From an uncultured Candidatus Saccharibacteria bacterium (GTDB lineage: Bacteria > Patescibacteriota > Dojkabacteria > SC72): a DNA stretch of 64,000 nucleotides. The stretch is taken from assembly GCA_964514595.1 (NCBI GenBank), contig CAZEQZ010000001.1, forward strand, positions 43,914 through 107,913. The letters run 5' to 3'. The position numbers and the translations under genes are program-made. The notes beneath the pieces are model-generated. The model was not told the DNA's origin. It searched no databases and saw only the letters and a list, made by a program, of their open reading frames with translations. This document shows positions 50,907 through 61,516 of this stretch, in pieces. Each line of letters begins with the position of its first letter. The first letter of the stretch is position 1.

Positions 50907-51614
50907 ATGAACTGTCCTAGAAGAAAATCTTTCTCTTTGGTATTATTTCTTCTTTTCCTCTCGGTATTTATTTCTTCTCCGACACATGTTCAGGCGGATT
51001 ACGCCTCCATAGCTCTATTACCCTCTACAGGGACTATATATGCAGACTACACGGCTCTTTCTTTAGTCGTAAATAGTGGGTCGGATGAGTTCTACGGTGT
51101 TGATGTTAATATTGCATTTACAGGAAGTGTTGTATATATGGAATCAACTGGGGCTAGCAGATGTAGTAGTTTTGTAACGACCGGTGGGGCAGGTACAATT
51201 AATGTTGAGTGTCTCTCTACTGCTCATGCAGAGGGGGAGACATATAGCGGTGTTGTTGCAACTCTCTATTTTAGATCTACAGGCACAGGAACCTCTACAT
51301 TCACCTTCACAAGTACAGATCCAAATATATTAACTAAAACGGGGGGGACATATACGCTCTCAACTGAAAATAATCCCGTACCAAGAGGTGGGAGTGCTGG
51401 TGGTGGTTTGCCAGAATCGGGCATATTTGATGACACAAGAAGCATCATAGCGATAGGGGCTGTACTCATGTTAGTTGGTATATTCTTTAATCAGGTAAAT
51501 CAATATACTGTGTCACTACTAGGCAATATCTCCGGAAAAGTGAAGGAGAGTAAACAGAAGAGGGAAGAGGAGAAAATTTCTAAAAGAAGGGGTAAATTAG
51601 AGAAAAGATTTTAA
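50907..51614 (+). CDS. Cohesin-like domain protein with LPxSG sortase-type sorting signal
   Basis: Signal ending VQA; ASIALLPSTGT..LSLVVNSG...GVDVNIAF...GVVATLYFRS..TGTSTFTF; LPESG (51408-51422), TM and basic tail. Start placed at ATG 50907; the TTG at 50847 is part of a TTGACA box. Confidence 0.7.
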   Translation: MNCPRRKSFSLVLFLLFLSVFISSPTHVQADYASIALLPSTGTIYADYTALSLVVNSGSDEFYGVDVNIAFTGSVVYMESTGASRCSSFVTTGGAGTINVECLSTAHAEGETYSGVVATLYFRSTGTGTSTFTFTSTDPNILTKTGGTYTLSTENNPVPRGGSAGGGLPESGIFDDTRSIIAIGAVLMLVGIFFNQVNQYTVSLLGNISGKVKESKQKREEEKISKRRGKLEKRF

Positions 51615-51620
51615 ACTGCC

Positions 51621-53006
51621 ATGTTCAAAAAACAAGAAGATTCTTATTCAAATAGATATATAGCGCCTAAGGGTTGGAAACCGAAGAACCCTGATGAGGA
51701 CTATGTAATAACATATTTAGATATTGAACTAGCTGATGGGGTAGAGATGAATCAGTTTGAGACTGTTGTTGCCGCATGCGCTGCAGAAAGCTCTACTGGT
51801 ACATGGACAAAGGTGTATGACGGAAAGGATTCAGGTGTCCCTATGGCAGACAAAATGAGGGCTATTGCTTTTGATCTAGAACCTGAAACAAAAACGTTTA
51901 AGATAGCATATAGGCAAGATTTGTTTGAAACGGACAATATGTCGGGCTTATTGGCTGGTATAGTGGGGAATGTTGGAGGAATGAAAATGCTTAAAGCGTT
52001 AAGATGTTTGGATATTAGATTTCCTAAGTGTATGGTGCAGGCATTTCCTGGCCCTCAGTTTGGTATAGATGGAGTTAGGGAACAGCTTTTGGTAGAGGAG
52101 GGTCCATTACTTCTCACGGTTCCTAAGCCTAAGATAGGGAGAACCGCAAAGGAGCAAGCGGAATTGGCTAGGATTCTATTTACAGCTGCAAATGGAGAGT
52201 ATCACGGTATAAAAGATGATGAAAATTTAACGAGTCTCTTTTTTAACACATTTGACGAGAGGTGTGAAAGAGTACATAAGGTAAGGAGAGAAATAGAGGA
52301 GAAGAGTGGAAAGAGAAAATTCTTCCTATGTAATATAACTCATTCAAATCTGGATACAATGATATCTAGGGCTGACAAAATTAAAGCACAAGGCGGTAGG
52401 TGGATGATGATGGATGTTATAACTACTGGTTTTTCCGCTGTTCATACAATGAGATTAAAAAATCCAGGTTTAGCTATTCATGCACATAGAGCTATGCACA
52501 GTCTCTTCACTAGAGAGTCCGGACCTGGTGTACATGATAAGGGGGAAATTGTTGATTTCTCAATGTCCATGGTTGCAAATGCAAAAATAATGCGTCTTCT
52601 GGGTGTAGATTCCTTCCATGGTGGTGCTCCTAAAACTAAGATGGAAAACTATGGAGAGCCTAAATTAATAAGGGATGTTTTACAACTTGATATAACTCCT
52701 GAGTCGTCTATAACATTAGGACAGAACTGGTTTGGAATGAAGCCGGTATGGCATGTTGCATCTGGAGGTCTTCATCCTGGAAGTATACCTGAGGTTCTGC
52801 ATCAACTCGGAGAGGACATAATGATACAGTGTGGTGGAGGAGTATTAGGTCATCCTTGGGGCATAGAGGCGGGAGTAGAGGCTGTTGTACAAGCTAAAGA
52901 GATAGCATTGGGTAGAGGTAATGTTGATGATTGGATAAAAGAGAATCCGGATAGTGCACTAGCCAAAGCAGCACAGCATTGGGGATTTGATCCTAGAATT
53001 GTTTAA
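51621..53006 (+). CDS. rbcL: RuBisCO large subunit, form III-like
   Basis: AAESSTGTWT, GN, PKPK, IKDDE, HAHRA, FHGGAPKTK, ASGGLHPG, GGGVLGHP.G. Confidence 0.93.
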   Translation: MFKKQEDSYSNRYIAPKGWKPKNPDEDYVITYLDIELADGVEMNQFETVVAACAAESSTGTWTKVYDGKDSGVPMADKMRAIAFDLEPETKTFKIAYRQDLFETDNMSGLLAGIVGNVGGMKMLKALRCLDIRFPKCMVQAFPGPQFGIDGVREQLLVEEGPLLLTVPKPKIGRTAKEQAELARILFTAANGEYHGIKDDENLTSLFFNTFDERCERVHKVRREIEEKSGKRKFFLCNITHSNLDTMISRADKIKAQGGRWMMMDVITTGFSAVHTMRLKNPGLAIHAHRAMHSLFTRESGPGVHDKGEIVDFSMSMVANAKIMRLLGVDSFHGGAPKTKMENYGEPKLIRDVLQLDITPESSITLGQNWFGMKPVWHVASGGLHPGSIPEVLHQLGEDIMIQCGGGVLGHPWGIEAGVEAVVQAKEIALGRGNVDDWIKENPDSALAKAAQHWGFDPRIV

Positions 53007-53038
53007 TTTTCCGTAATAAATAGTGTAGAATAGTACTT

Positions 53039-54514
53039 ATGTCAAACAAAGGTATAACCCCTAGGGAGAAAAGCTATTCAGAATGGTATCTGGATATAAT
53101 AGAAAAAGCCGAACTAGCAGAGAATTCGTCTGTTAGAGGATGTATGGTGATTAAACCATACGGTTATGCAATATGGGAAAACATTCAAAAAGGTTTGGAT
53201 GAGATGATAAAAGAGTCTGGTGCTAAGAATGCATACTTTCCAATATTTATTCCCCTGTCATTTCTGTCTAAAGAAGCTGATCATGTTAAAGGTTTTGCGA
53301 AAGAGTGCGCAGTGGTAACCCATCATAGGCTTAAAGAAACAGAAGATGGGAAGGGGGTAGAGGTTGATCCAGAATCAAAATTGGAAGAGGAGTTAATAGT
53401 TAGGCCAACTTCCGAAACAATAATATATGATACATTCTCCACATGGATTAAGTCTTGGAGAGATCTTCCATTGAGAATAAATCAATGGGCAAATATAGTT
53501 AGATGGGAGAAAAGAACCAGGCCTTTCTTAAGGACTGCAGAATTTCTTTGGCAGGAAGGACATACAGTACATTTAACACATAAAGAGGCCCAGGAGGAGG
53601 TTCTGAGGGCCTTAAACATGTATGTAGAGTTTGCAAGGAAGTATTTAGCTATGGAAACATACTATGGTAAAAAATCAGAATCAGAAAAGTTTGCAGGGGC
53701 TGTAGATACATACGGTGTAGAAGCTATGATGCAGGATGGAAAGGCTCTTCAATTTGGAACTTCTCATGATTTAGGACAAAATTTTGCAAAGGTATTTAAT
53801 ATTCAATTTGCAGACAAAGATGGTACTCTTAAATATCCATGGCAAACAAGCTGGGGTGTTAGTACAAGAATGATAGGGGCATTAGTTATGACACATAGTG
53901 ATGATAATGGGCTTGTTTTGCCTCCAAGTATAGCACCAGTAAAGGTTATATTAATACCTATATTCAAAGATGAGAATAAGGAAAAGGTCCTTGAATATAG
54001 TAAGAGTGTTAAGAAGGAGCTTTCTAAAGGCATTTTTGATGTAGAGTTGGATGATAGAGATTTTGTATCACCAGGTTTTAAATTTAATGAGTGGGAGAAA
54101 AAGGGAGTTCCTATTAGAATTGAGATAGGACAGAAAGAAATGGAGAATGGTGGAGTTGTGCTTGTTAGAAGAGATACATCTGAGAAGATCCAGAATGGAT
54201 TTGGAGATCTATCTAAAGTTGTTAAAAAGACCTTGGAAGATATTCAGAAAAACCTATATGAAAAATCTAAAGAATTATTAGTATCTAAGACCTATAGGGT
54301 GGAGGAGTTTGAAGAACTAAAGAAGACTTTTAAATCTGGGAAGGGTTTTGTTCGTGCGAATTGGTGCGGGGATCCTGAATGTGAGGAGAATATTAAATAT
54401 CATACAAAAGCAACGACGAGATGTCTCACAGAAGATGGAGTAGGTGTGAAGGGTAAATGTGTATACTGCGGTAAAGATAGTAATGAGGAGTGGATATTTG
54501 CCAAGGCGTATTAA
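53039..54514 (+). CDS. proS: Proline--tRNA ligase (archaeal/eukaryote-like type)
   Basis: RPTSET, QWANIVRWE, FLRTAEFLWQEGH, TSWGVSTR, C-terminal Cys zinc site and terminal AY. Confidence 0.97.
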   Translation: MSNKGITPREKSYSEWYLDIIEKAELAENSSVRGCMVIKPYGYAIWENIQKGLDEMIKESGAKNAYFPIFIPLSFLSKEADHVKGFAKECAVVTHHRLKETEDGKGVEVDPESKLEEELIVRPTSETIIYDTFSTWIKSWRDLPLRINQWANIVRWEKRTRPFLRTAEFLWQEGHTVHLTHKEAQEEVLRALNMYVEFARKYLAMETYYGKKSESEKFAGAVDTYGVEAMMQDGKALQFGTSHDLGQNFAKVFNIQFADKDGTLKYPWQTSWGVSTRMIGALVMTHSDDNGLVLPPSIAPVKVILIPIFKDENKEKVLEYSKSVKKELSKGIFDVELDDRDFVSPGFKFNEWEKKGVPIRIEIGQKEMENGGVVLVRRDTSEKIQNGFGDLSKVVKKTLEDIQKNLYEKSKELLVSKTYRVEEFEELKKTFKSGKGFVRANWCGDPECEENIKYHTKATTRCLTEDGVGVKGKCVYCGKDSNEEWIFAKAY

Positions 54515-54790
54515 GTGAAACCATGGGAAATTTATAGAAATTTATTTTCCATCTTTGTTCAATGAAAATATACTCAATAGTTCATATATTTAATCAGAAT
54601 ATTTTTATACATCTATTTTGCTCCTTTGTTACAATGAAAATTTTTGTATATATACTTTTGAACGGAGAAAAATTTTGGAGGAGCTAGTGGTCGTACTCTA
54701 ACTCGGCAGGAGAGTTTCACTCATTGTTTGGTCGTGAAGTTACAAAAAGTTTACAAAAACAAAGAGAGTACATGTCTATATTTGGTTGTT

Positions 54791-57649
54791 CTAATAACCA
54801 TTATTGAGATATTCCTTTAAATACTGTCCAGTGTAACTAGCTTTTGTAGCCATGATATCCTTTGGGGTGCCTTCAGCTACAATATAACCTCCTTTCTCTC
54901 CACCTTCGGGTCCAAGATCTATGATCCAGTCCGAGAGTTTAATTACGTCTAAATTATGTTCTACTATGACGACCGTATTCCCTTTCTCCACAAGATCAGT
55001 AAGGATATTCATTAAATTGTCGATGTCGTAATAGTGAAGACCTGTAGTGGGTTCGTCTAGTATATAGAGTGTATGTCCTGTTGATATCTTTGAAAGCTCC
55101 TTGGCAAGTTTTATTCGTTGAGATTCACCTCCAGATAGCGTTAGAGCTGATTGACCGAGTTCAATGTATCCTAGCCCAACTTTCATTAGTATGTCAAGCT
55201 TTTTCTTGATGTTAGGAATATTTTTGAAAAATTCTGAGGCATCTTCCACGGTCATTTTTAGTATGTCGGCAATGTTCTTGCCCTTAAAATCTATTTGTAG
55301 AGCCTCTTTATTGTATCTGCTACCTTCGCATTCATCACAGGTTATGTACATGTCAGGTAGGAATTGCATTTCAATTTTTAATTGACCATCACCTTTACAT
55401 TTTTCACATCTCCCACCTTTAACATTGAAGCTAAATCTTCCAGGGGTGTATCCTCTTGCTTGAGCTTCTTTAGTGTTTGCAAATAGTTCACGAATGGGGG
55501 TGAATAGTCCTGTGTATGTTGCAGGATTTGATCTGGGGGTTCGACCTATAGGAGACTGATCAATACCAATTACTTTGTTTATATTCTCTAACCCTTCTAT
55601 GTCGTCATAGGAACCCTCAATTTGTTTACCATTCATAATTCTGTTTGTCAGCACTGGGAAAAGCGTATTTTCTATCAAGGAGGACTTCCCACTGCCAGAA
55701 ACTCCCGTAATGGATATTAGCTTTCCCAAGGGGATTTCTATATTAAGGTTCTTTAAATTGTGTGTTTTTACACCTGTTATTTTTATACTTTGTTTTAAAT
55801 CTAGTTTTTTCTCTCGGCGGATCTTATTGCCTACTATCAAGCTTTTATTAATATACTTCGCAGTGAGAGAAGGGGAGTGCTTAATGTCGTCGAAAGTGCC
55901 ACTAGCAACAACCTTGCCACCGTGCTTGCCAGCTTTAGGTCCTATATCTATAATCCAGTCCGAATGTCTCATAGTCTCGGCGTCATGTTCTACGATGACA
56001 ACTGTATTATCTAGATCTCTGAGATCTTTTAATGAGGTTATTAATCTTGTCACATCTCTTGGATGAAGCCCAATTGAAGGCTCGTCTAGGACATAGAGTA
56101 CTCCGGAAAGGCCAGTTCCTATTTGAGAGGCTAAGCGTATTCTTTGAGATTCTCCTCCAGAAAGAGTGTTGGCTTTTCTAGATATTGTTAAATATTCAAG
56201 TCCAACATTTGTTAAGAAATCAAGTCTAGTTAATATCTCTTTTATGATGGGTTTGGCTATTTCGTATTTATTTCCTTTAAGGTTTAGTTCTTTCAAGAAT
56301 CTTTTTGCATCTGCTATGGACATATTGGTTATATCATCTATGTTCATTTTGTTTATGGTAACATGAAGAGAGTATGGTTTTAATCTTCTCCCTTGGCATA
56401 CAGAACATGTATCTTCTTTCATATATTTCTCAATCTCCATCCTAGAGTATTCTGAGGATGTTTCTTTATATCTTCTTTTTAGCTCGTTCATAACCCCCTC
56501 GTATTCAGTACTATACGTATTTGTTCGACCAAATCTGTTGGTGTATATTATTTCATATGGGGGTTTAGCCCCTGTCCCATAGAATAGTAGGTCAAATACC
56601 TCCTTTGGATATTTTCCTATGGGTGTTTTGAGGTCAAAGTTATGTCTTTTTGCAACCTCATTAAGTATTCTGGTAGTCCATGAATCCTTTGTGGTTCTAT
56701 TTCCCCAAGGGAATATTCCTCCCTCCGATATTGTTAGATTAGGGTTATAGAGTAGGTTGATGTCGATTTCTTTCAATGTGCCAAGTCCTGTGCATTCTGA
56801 GCATGCGCCCTCAGGAGAGTTGAAGGAGAATGATGCGGGTGTAATTTGGGGGTATGAGATGCCACACTTAAAGCAGGTGTTGTTTTCTGAAAAGAAGAGT
56901 TCTTCGTTTTCTGTTATTATTTTTACTTCCCCTTCTGATTGGTTAGTTGCAAGTTCTATTGCATCTACAAGGCGTTTTTTGAACTCTTTTGTGTTAATTT
57001 CCGTTGTGTCTAGTCTGTCTATGACTAAATCTACAGTGTGCTTTTTATTTTCATCAATTTTTATATTTTCAACGTCGTCGAGCATGTACAGATCATGATC
57101 AATTATCACCCTAAGGAATCCTTTGCTTAGGAGCTTATCAAAGAGGGAAAAGAACTGTCCTTTACGGTTTTTTATAAGTGGTGAAACCACCTGTATCTTT
57201 TGCGTGGAACCTTTGAGGGTGGTGAGTACTTTTTTTGATATTTCTTCTATGGTTTGAGCTTGGACTGGTATTCCACACTGAGGGCAATGTGGTTGACCTA
57301 CGTGTCCGTATAGGAGTCTTAGATGGTTGTATATTTCTGTTATTGTTCCTACTGTGGATCGAGGGTTGGTGGAAGTGGTTTTTTGATCTATGGATATGGC
57401 TGGAGAGAGTCCCTCTATGGAGTCTACATCAGGTTTTTTCATTACACCAAGAAATTGTCTGGCATAGGAGGAGAGTGATTCGACGTATCTTCTTTGTCCT
57501 TCTGCGTAGAGAGTATCGAAGGCTAGGGATGTTTTTCCACTTCCCGAGACTCCTGTTAAGACAACTAACTTATTTTTAGGGATTTCTACTGAGATGTTCT
57601 TTAGATTGTTCTCTCTAGCTCCCTTTATTTTAATGAATTCCTTTTGCAT
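54791..57649 (-). CDS. uvrA: Excinuclease ABC subunit A
   Basis: GARENNLKN, two GVSGSGK P-loops, two LSGGESQRI motifs, zinc fingers. Start placed at ATG 57649. Confidence 0.98.
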   Translation of the reverse strand: MQKEFIKIKGARENNLKNISVEIPKNKLVVLTGVSGSGKTSLAFDTLYAEGQRRYVESLSSYARQFLGVMKKPDVDSIEGLSPAISIDQKTTSTNPRSTVGTITEIYNHLRLLYGHVGQPHCPQCGIPVQAQTIEEISKKVLTTLKGSTQKIQVVSPLIKNRKGQFFSLFDKLLSKGFLRVIIDHDLYMLDDVENIKIDENKKHTVDLVIDRLDTTEINTKEFKKRLVDAIELATNQSEGEVKIITENEELFFSENNTCFKCGISYPQITPASFSFNSPEGACSECTGLGTLKEIDINLLYNPNLTISEGGIFPWGNRTTKDSWTTRILNEVAKRHNFDLKTPIGKYPKEVFDLLFYGTGAKPPYEIIYTNRFGRTNTYSTEYEGVMNELKRRYKETSSEYSRMEIEKYMKEDTCSVCQGRRLKPYSLHVTINKMNIDDITNMSIADAKRFLKELNLKGNKYEIAKPIIKEILTRLDFLTNVGLEYLTISRKANTLSGGESQRIRLASQIGTGLSGVLYVLDEPSIGLHPRDVTRLITSLKDLRDLDNTVVIVEHDAETMRHSDWIIDIGPKAGKHGGKVVASGTFDDIKHSPSLTAKYINKSLIVGNKIRREKKLDLKQSIKITGVKTHNLKNLNIEIPLGKLISITGVSGSGKSSLIENTLFPVLTNRIMNGKQIEGSYDDIEGLENINKVIGIDQSPIGRTPRSNPATYTGLFTPIRELFANTKEAQARGYTPGRFSFNVKGGRCEKCKGDGQLKIEMQFLPDMYITCDECEGSRYNKEALQIDFKGKNIADILKMTVEDASEFFKNIPNIKKKLDILMKVGLGYIELGQSALTLSGGESQRIKLAKELSKISTGHTLYILDEPTTGLHYYDIDNLMNILTDLVEKGNTVVIVEHNLDVIKLSDWIIDLGPEGGEKGGYIVAEGTPKDIMATKASYTGQYLKEYLNNGY

Positions 57650-57782
57650 ATCAATCTTTATTATATCACGATTTAGCCATATCATCTGGCCCATAGAGTA
57701 TTAAATATGATGAGTAAATGTGATATAGTCTGTACTAACAAAAGGAAATCAGGTAAACTGAACGTAGTATGTGACGTAGTAT

Positions 57783-57856
57783 GCACCCGTAGCTCAATAG
57801 GATAGAGCAACGCACTCCTAACGCGTAGGTTGTTGGTTCGATTCCGACCGGGTGCG
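57783..57856 (+). tRNA. tRNA-Arg(CCT)
   Basis: GCACCCG/CGGGTGC-G, loop CTCCTAA. A-C mismatch at the pair closing the anticodon stem. Confidence 0.92.
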
Positions 57857-57860
57857 TTTT

Positions 57861-59393
57861 TTACTTGATTTTGTATTGGTGAATGGAGAGGGTTTCTTCT
57901 TCTTCCTCAAGGGTTATGATATGTTCTCTGGAGTTTTTTATTGAGTAGAGGAGTTTATTATTCACGTTGAAGATTTCTTGGGTGTTCTCTCCGTCTTTCT
58001 CAGATATAAATAGAGAATTGTTACGTATGTAGTAGACGTAGAGGGAGTTTGAGAGCCAGTTAATCTCGGTAACTTCATTTTTTGGTAGGTTAACTATTTT
58101 CTTGCTTCCTATTTCTTCTGTGTGATTGGCGTCTTCTTTGTCAAATGTAAATATGTATATACTGTCCCCGTTACTGAAGAGTAGTTTTTTAGAGTCTGGA
58201 GAGAATTGTATTAAGTCGGCTGGATAGGGAGATATCATTCGATATCTGTCTTTCTCCATGTTGTACCAGTATGTGGATGTTTCTGTTTTTATAAATAGGC
58301 CTTTTGCTGATTGGTTTACTTCAATTGATATTATTTGTCCTGTAGTTTGGGTAGATGTGGGAGAATTTTTGAATTCTGGGTATGTATCTCCATTGTTTCT
58401 GTAGTGTTCTGCATATTTCGCATCTTTTTGTAGGTATATTTTATCTATTGTATATTTAGGATCTGTACCGTCTAGATTTAGCTGTTTGAGAGCGTATGTG
58501 TATGTTGGATCTTCTTGTGTATGGAGAGGGTCTAGGATGAAGAAGGATCCCTCTTCATCGGTAGTCCATATGTATTGGTTTGTATCGTTTTTCTTTTGTA
58601 GTAGGTATCTTATGTTCCTTGTAATGTCCAAGGAGATTATATCTTCCTGAGATTCCAAGATTAAGTGTCTGTTATCTTTTGCCCAGGTAATTGTGTATCC
58701 TTGTAGGTCTGATATGTCTAGGGGAGTGAGGTCTTCGATGGTGGTGGATCTTTGCAGTTCTAGAATGTAGTTTGTGGTTCCTTCTTCATTTGTCATTTGC
58801 AATAGTGCTATTTGCCCATTTGGTGATATGTTTAGTTCAATGTTCTCCGTTTCTAATGTTATTATCTGCATGGGGTTTGGGTTTAAGCTCCAGAGTGGTG
58901 TATTTACTCTGTATTGCCAGAGGGTGTATATGTCTTCATTCTCTTGTTGAAGAAACATGAAGGACTCTTTATATTTGCTAACCCAGTATTTCACAAGAGG
59001 TTTCTCTGATTCCCAGAGCGTAGATTCTACAGGTTCTTTTAGTATTAGAAATGGATAGATGGGGGTCGATTTCTCCTCGACTATCTCGATATTCTTTTTC
59101 CATTCTCTGTATCCATTTCTCCAAACAGATATGTTGTGTGTTCCAACATCCAAGGTTCTGCTTCTGGGTGTTCTTCCTATGCTGTTATCATTAATATATA
59201 GATTGGCCGCAGATGGCTCACTTTGTACAGTTAAGACACCGGTTTTTCGTATCTCTCTTTCGGAGAAATCTAATCTATATCCTTTTGAGAAGTAGTATAT
59301 TGATAGTGATCCTCCTAGAATAAAGAGTGTGGAGAGTATTGATACAACTAAGCCCTTAATATTAAGGGAGAGCTTTTTCTTGTTGGACTTCAT
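57861..59393 (-). CDS. PEGA-domain membrane protein with a probable beta-propeller C-terminus
   Basis: TM then GYR; TGVLTVQSEPSAANLYIN..G.TP..G.HNISV...GY..W (PEGA); SPNGQ, SPDSK and WLSNS propeller-like turns. Confidence 0.85.
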   Translation of the reverse strand: MKSNKKKLSLNIKGLVVSILSTLFILGGSLSIYYFSKGYRLDFSEREIRKTGVLTVQSEPSAANLYINDNSIGRTPRSRTLDVGTHNISVWRNGYREWKKNIEIVEEKSTPIYPFLILKEPVESTLWESEKPLVKYWVSKYKESFMFLQQENEDIYTLWQYRVNTPLWSLNPNPMQIITLETENIELNISPNGQIALLQMTNEEGTTNYILELQRSTTIEDLTPLDISDLQGYTITWAKDNRHLILESQEDIISLDITRNIRYLLQKKNDTNQYIWTTDEEGSFFILDPLHTQEDPTYTYALKQLNLDGTDPKYTIDKIYLQKDAKYAEHYRNNGDTYPEFKNSPTSTQTTGQIISIEVNQSAKGLFIKTETSTYWYNMEKDRYRMISPYPADLIQFSPDSKKLLFSNGDSIYIFTFDKEDANHTEEIGSKKIVNLPKNEVTEINWLSNSLYVYYIRNNSLFISEKDGENTQEIFNVNNKLLYSIKNSREHIITLEEEEETLSIHQYKIK

Positions 59394-59440
59394 AGAAGAA
59401 AGTATAGCATAATGGGCAGGAAGTTGTTAGAATAGTGGGT

Positions 59441-60439
59441 ATGAAAAAGAAAATATTAACAGGGGATAGGCCAACTGGGAGACTACATATTGGACATCTT
59501 CTGGGTACCTTGGAAAATAGGGCAAAACTACAGGACGAGTATGATGAATATATTATAGTGGCTAATGTACAGGCTCTGGCTGATAATTTTGATAATCCTG
59601 GGAAAGTTAGAGAAAATATTGAGGAGCTTCTTTGTGATTATTATGCATCTGGGTTGGATTTTGATAAGGCGAATGTATTTATTCAGAGTGAGGTTCCAGA
59701 GATTCATGAGATATTTATATATCTTTCAAATTTCGCTACAGTTCAACAGATTCAGCATAATCCTACAATTAAAACTGAGATGGCTCAGAAGGGTATTGAG
59801 GTTTCTACACCTTTAGGTTTTTTTATGTATCCTATTCATCAAACTGCAGATATTCTTTGCGTGAATGCTGATTTGGTTCCGGTGGGTAAGGATCAGGCTC
59901 CAATGGTGGAGGATACTAGGAAGTTGGCTAGAAAATTTAACAAAACATATGGAGTGAATATTCTAAATGAACCTGAAGCATTGTTTGGTGTTGAAAAGAA
60001 TGTCCCGGGTATAGATGGAAATGAAAAGATGGGAAAGAGCTTAAATAATTGTATATATTTGTCAGACTCTGAGGAGGATCTTAAAAAGAAGGTTTTTAAG
60101 GTATATACAGATCCTGATCGTATACATGCTACAGATCCTGGCAAAATAGAGGGGAATATAGCTTTTGTATACCACGACCTTTTCAATGATAACAAAGAAG
60201 AGGTTGAGGATATGAAGAAGAGGTACAGGGAGGGGAAGATAGGGGATGTGGAGGTTAAGGAGAAGTTATATTTAGCTATGAATGAGGTTTTGACCCCTAT
60301 TAGGGAGAAGAGAATTAAGGCAGAGAGTATAAAGGATGAGCTTTTACTTAAAGCTTTAGAAGATGGAAAGAAGGTTTCGAAGATTGCTAGAGGGATTGCT
60401 GATCAAATGAAAGAGGCAATGTTATTGAAATTTAAATAG
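59441..60439 (+). CDS. trpS: Tryptophan--tRNA ligase
   Basis: TGDRPTGRLHIGH, YPIHQTADI, VPVGKDQ, KMGKS. Start placed at ATG 59441. Confidence 0.97.
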   Translation: MKKKILTGDRPTGRLHIGHLLGTLENRAKLQDEYDEYIIVANVQALADNFDNPGKVRENIEELLCDYYASGLDFDKANVFIQSEVPEIHEIFIYLSNFATVQQIQHNPTIKTEMAQKGIEVSTPLGFFMYPIHQTADILCVNADLVPVGKDQAPMVEDTRKLARKFNKTYGVNILNEPEALFGVEKNVPGIDGNEKMGKSLNNCIYLSDSEEDLKKKVFKVYTDPDRIHATDPGKIEGNIAFVYHDLFNDNKEEVEDMKKRYREGKIGDVEVKEKLYLAMNEVLTPIREKRIKAESIKDELLLKALEDGKKVSKIARGIADQMKEAMLLKFK

Positions 60440-60463
60440 TACATAACTTATAGTTTTCATGAG

Positions 60464-61483
60464 ATGATAGGGAAGAAATTAGGTATAGACCTAGGAACAG
60501 CAAATTCAGTAGTTTTTGTCCAAGGTGAGGGTATAGTTCTAGTAGAGCCTACGGTAGTGGCTATTGACGTAAATACATTCACAGTTATTGCTGTTGGGCA
60601 GAAGGCAAAGAAGATGATAGGGAAAACTCCAGAGAATATTGTTGCCAAAAGACCACTTAGAGATGGAGTTATAGCGGATTCTAGAGTAACGGAGGCATTG
60701 CTTAGGCACTTTTTTGATACAGCATTGGGTAAGTCAAGATTTTTTAAACCGGATGTTGTTATAAGTGTCCCTGCAGGTATTACTACCGTAGAGCAAAGGG
60801 CTGTATTAAAGGCTGCTAATGCCGTTGGATCTAAGAGTATAACCTTGCTTCCGGAACCACTATTGGCTGCATTGGGTGCAGGATTACCGATAGATAAGTC
60901 GGCAGGGAGTATGATTGTAAATATGGGAGGGGGTACAACAGAGGTCGCTGTTATGTCTTTGGATGGAATCGTGGAGTATGAATCGTTAAGGGTTGCAGGA
61001 GATGCGATAAATGAGGCTATTATCTCATTTATGCGAAAGAAGAAGGGGATATTAATAGGAGAGCAGACTGCTGAGAGTATTAAAATTAAGATAGGGTCAG
61101 CAGTTGAGGTTAAAGATCCAAAGGAGATGGAGGTGAGGGGTAGGGACGTAGGTGCCGGTATGCCTAAGTCTATAGTAGTAGATTCTAATGATGTAGCTAA
61201 AGCGGTAGAAATCCCTTTGAGAAATATTATTAAAGCAATACAAACTGTATTAGAAAAGACACCTCCCGAACTGTCTGCTGATATAATAGATAGAGGTATG
61301 GTTATGAGTGGTGGTACTGCTAAGCTTAGAAATTTGGATAGACTGTTTTCGAAAGCAACTGGTGTTCCGTCTCATGTAGCTGATGAACCTATATACTGTG
61401 TAGCGAAAGGTACAGGTATAGCATTGGAGCTTCTGGCTTCCGGTGAGAGAGTTTTTTCTTTTAATCGGGATTTTAGAAGGTAG
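60464..61483 (+). CDS. mreB: Rod shape-determining protein MreB
   Basis: GIDLGTAN, RPLRDGVIAD, GGGTTEVA, GEQTAE.IK, TPPELSADI. Confidence 0.96.
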   Translation: MIGKKLGIDLGTANSVVFVQGEGIVLVEPTVVAIDVNTFTVIAVGQKAKKMIGKTPENIVAKRPLRDGVIADSRVTEALLRHFFDTALGKSRFFKPDVVISVPAGITTVEQRAVLKAANAVGSKSITLLPEPLLAALGAGLPIDKSAGSMIVNMGGGTTEVAVMSLDGIVEYESLRVAGDAINEAIISFMRKKKGILIGEQTAESIKIKIGSAVEVKDPKEMEVRGRDVGAGMPKSIVVDSNDVAKAVEIPLRNIIKAIQTVLEKTPPELSADIIDRGMVMSGGTAKLRNLDRLFSKATGVPSHVADEPIYCVAKGTGIALELLASGERVFSFNRDFRR

Positions 61484-61516
61484 TTTTTTCATAAATATTT
61501 CAGTAGAATAGAGAGT

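Noticed and set aside
51621-53006. Calvin-cycle autotrophy
   Set aside because: No small subunit, phosphoribulokinase or other cbb genes here, and the sequence resembles form III rather than form I or II.
54515-54790. dif site or replication terminus at the proS/uvrA convergence
   Set aside because: No XerC/D-like site, and the plus strand stays G-rich on both sides.
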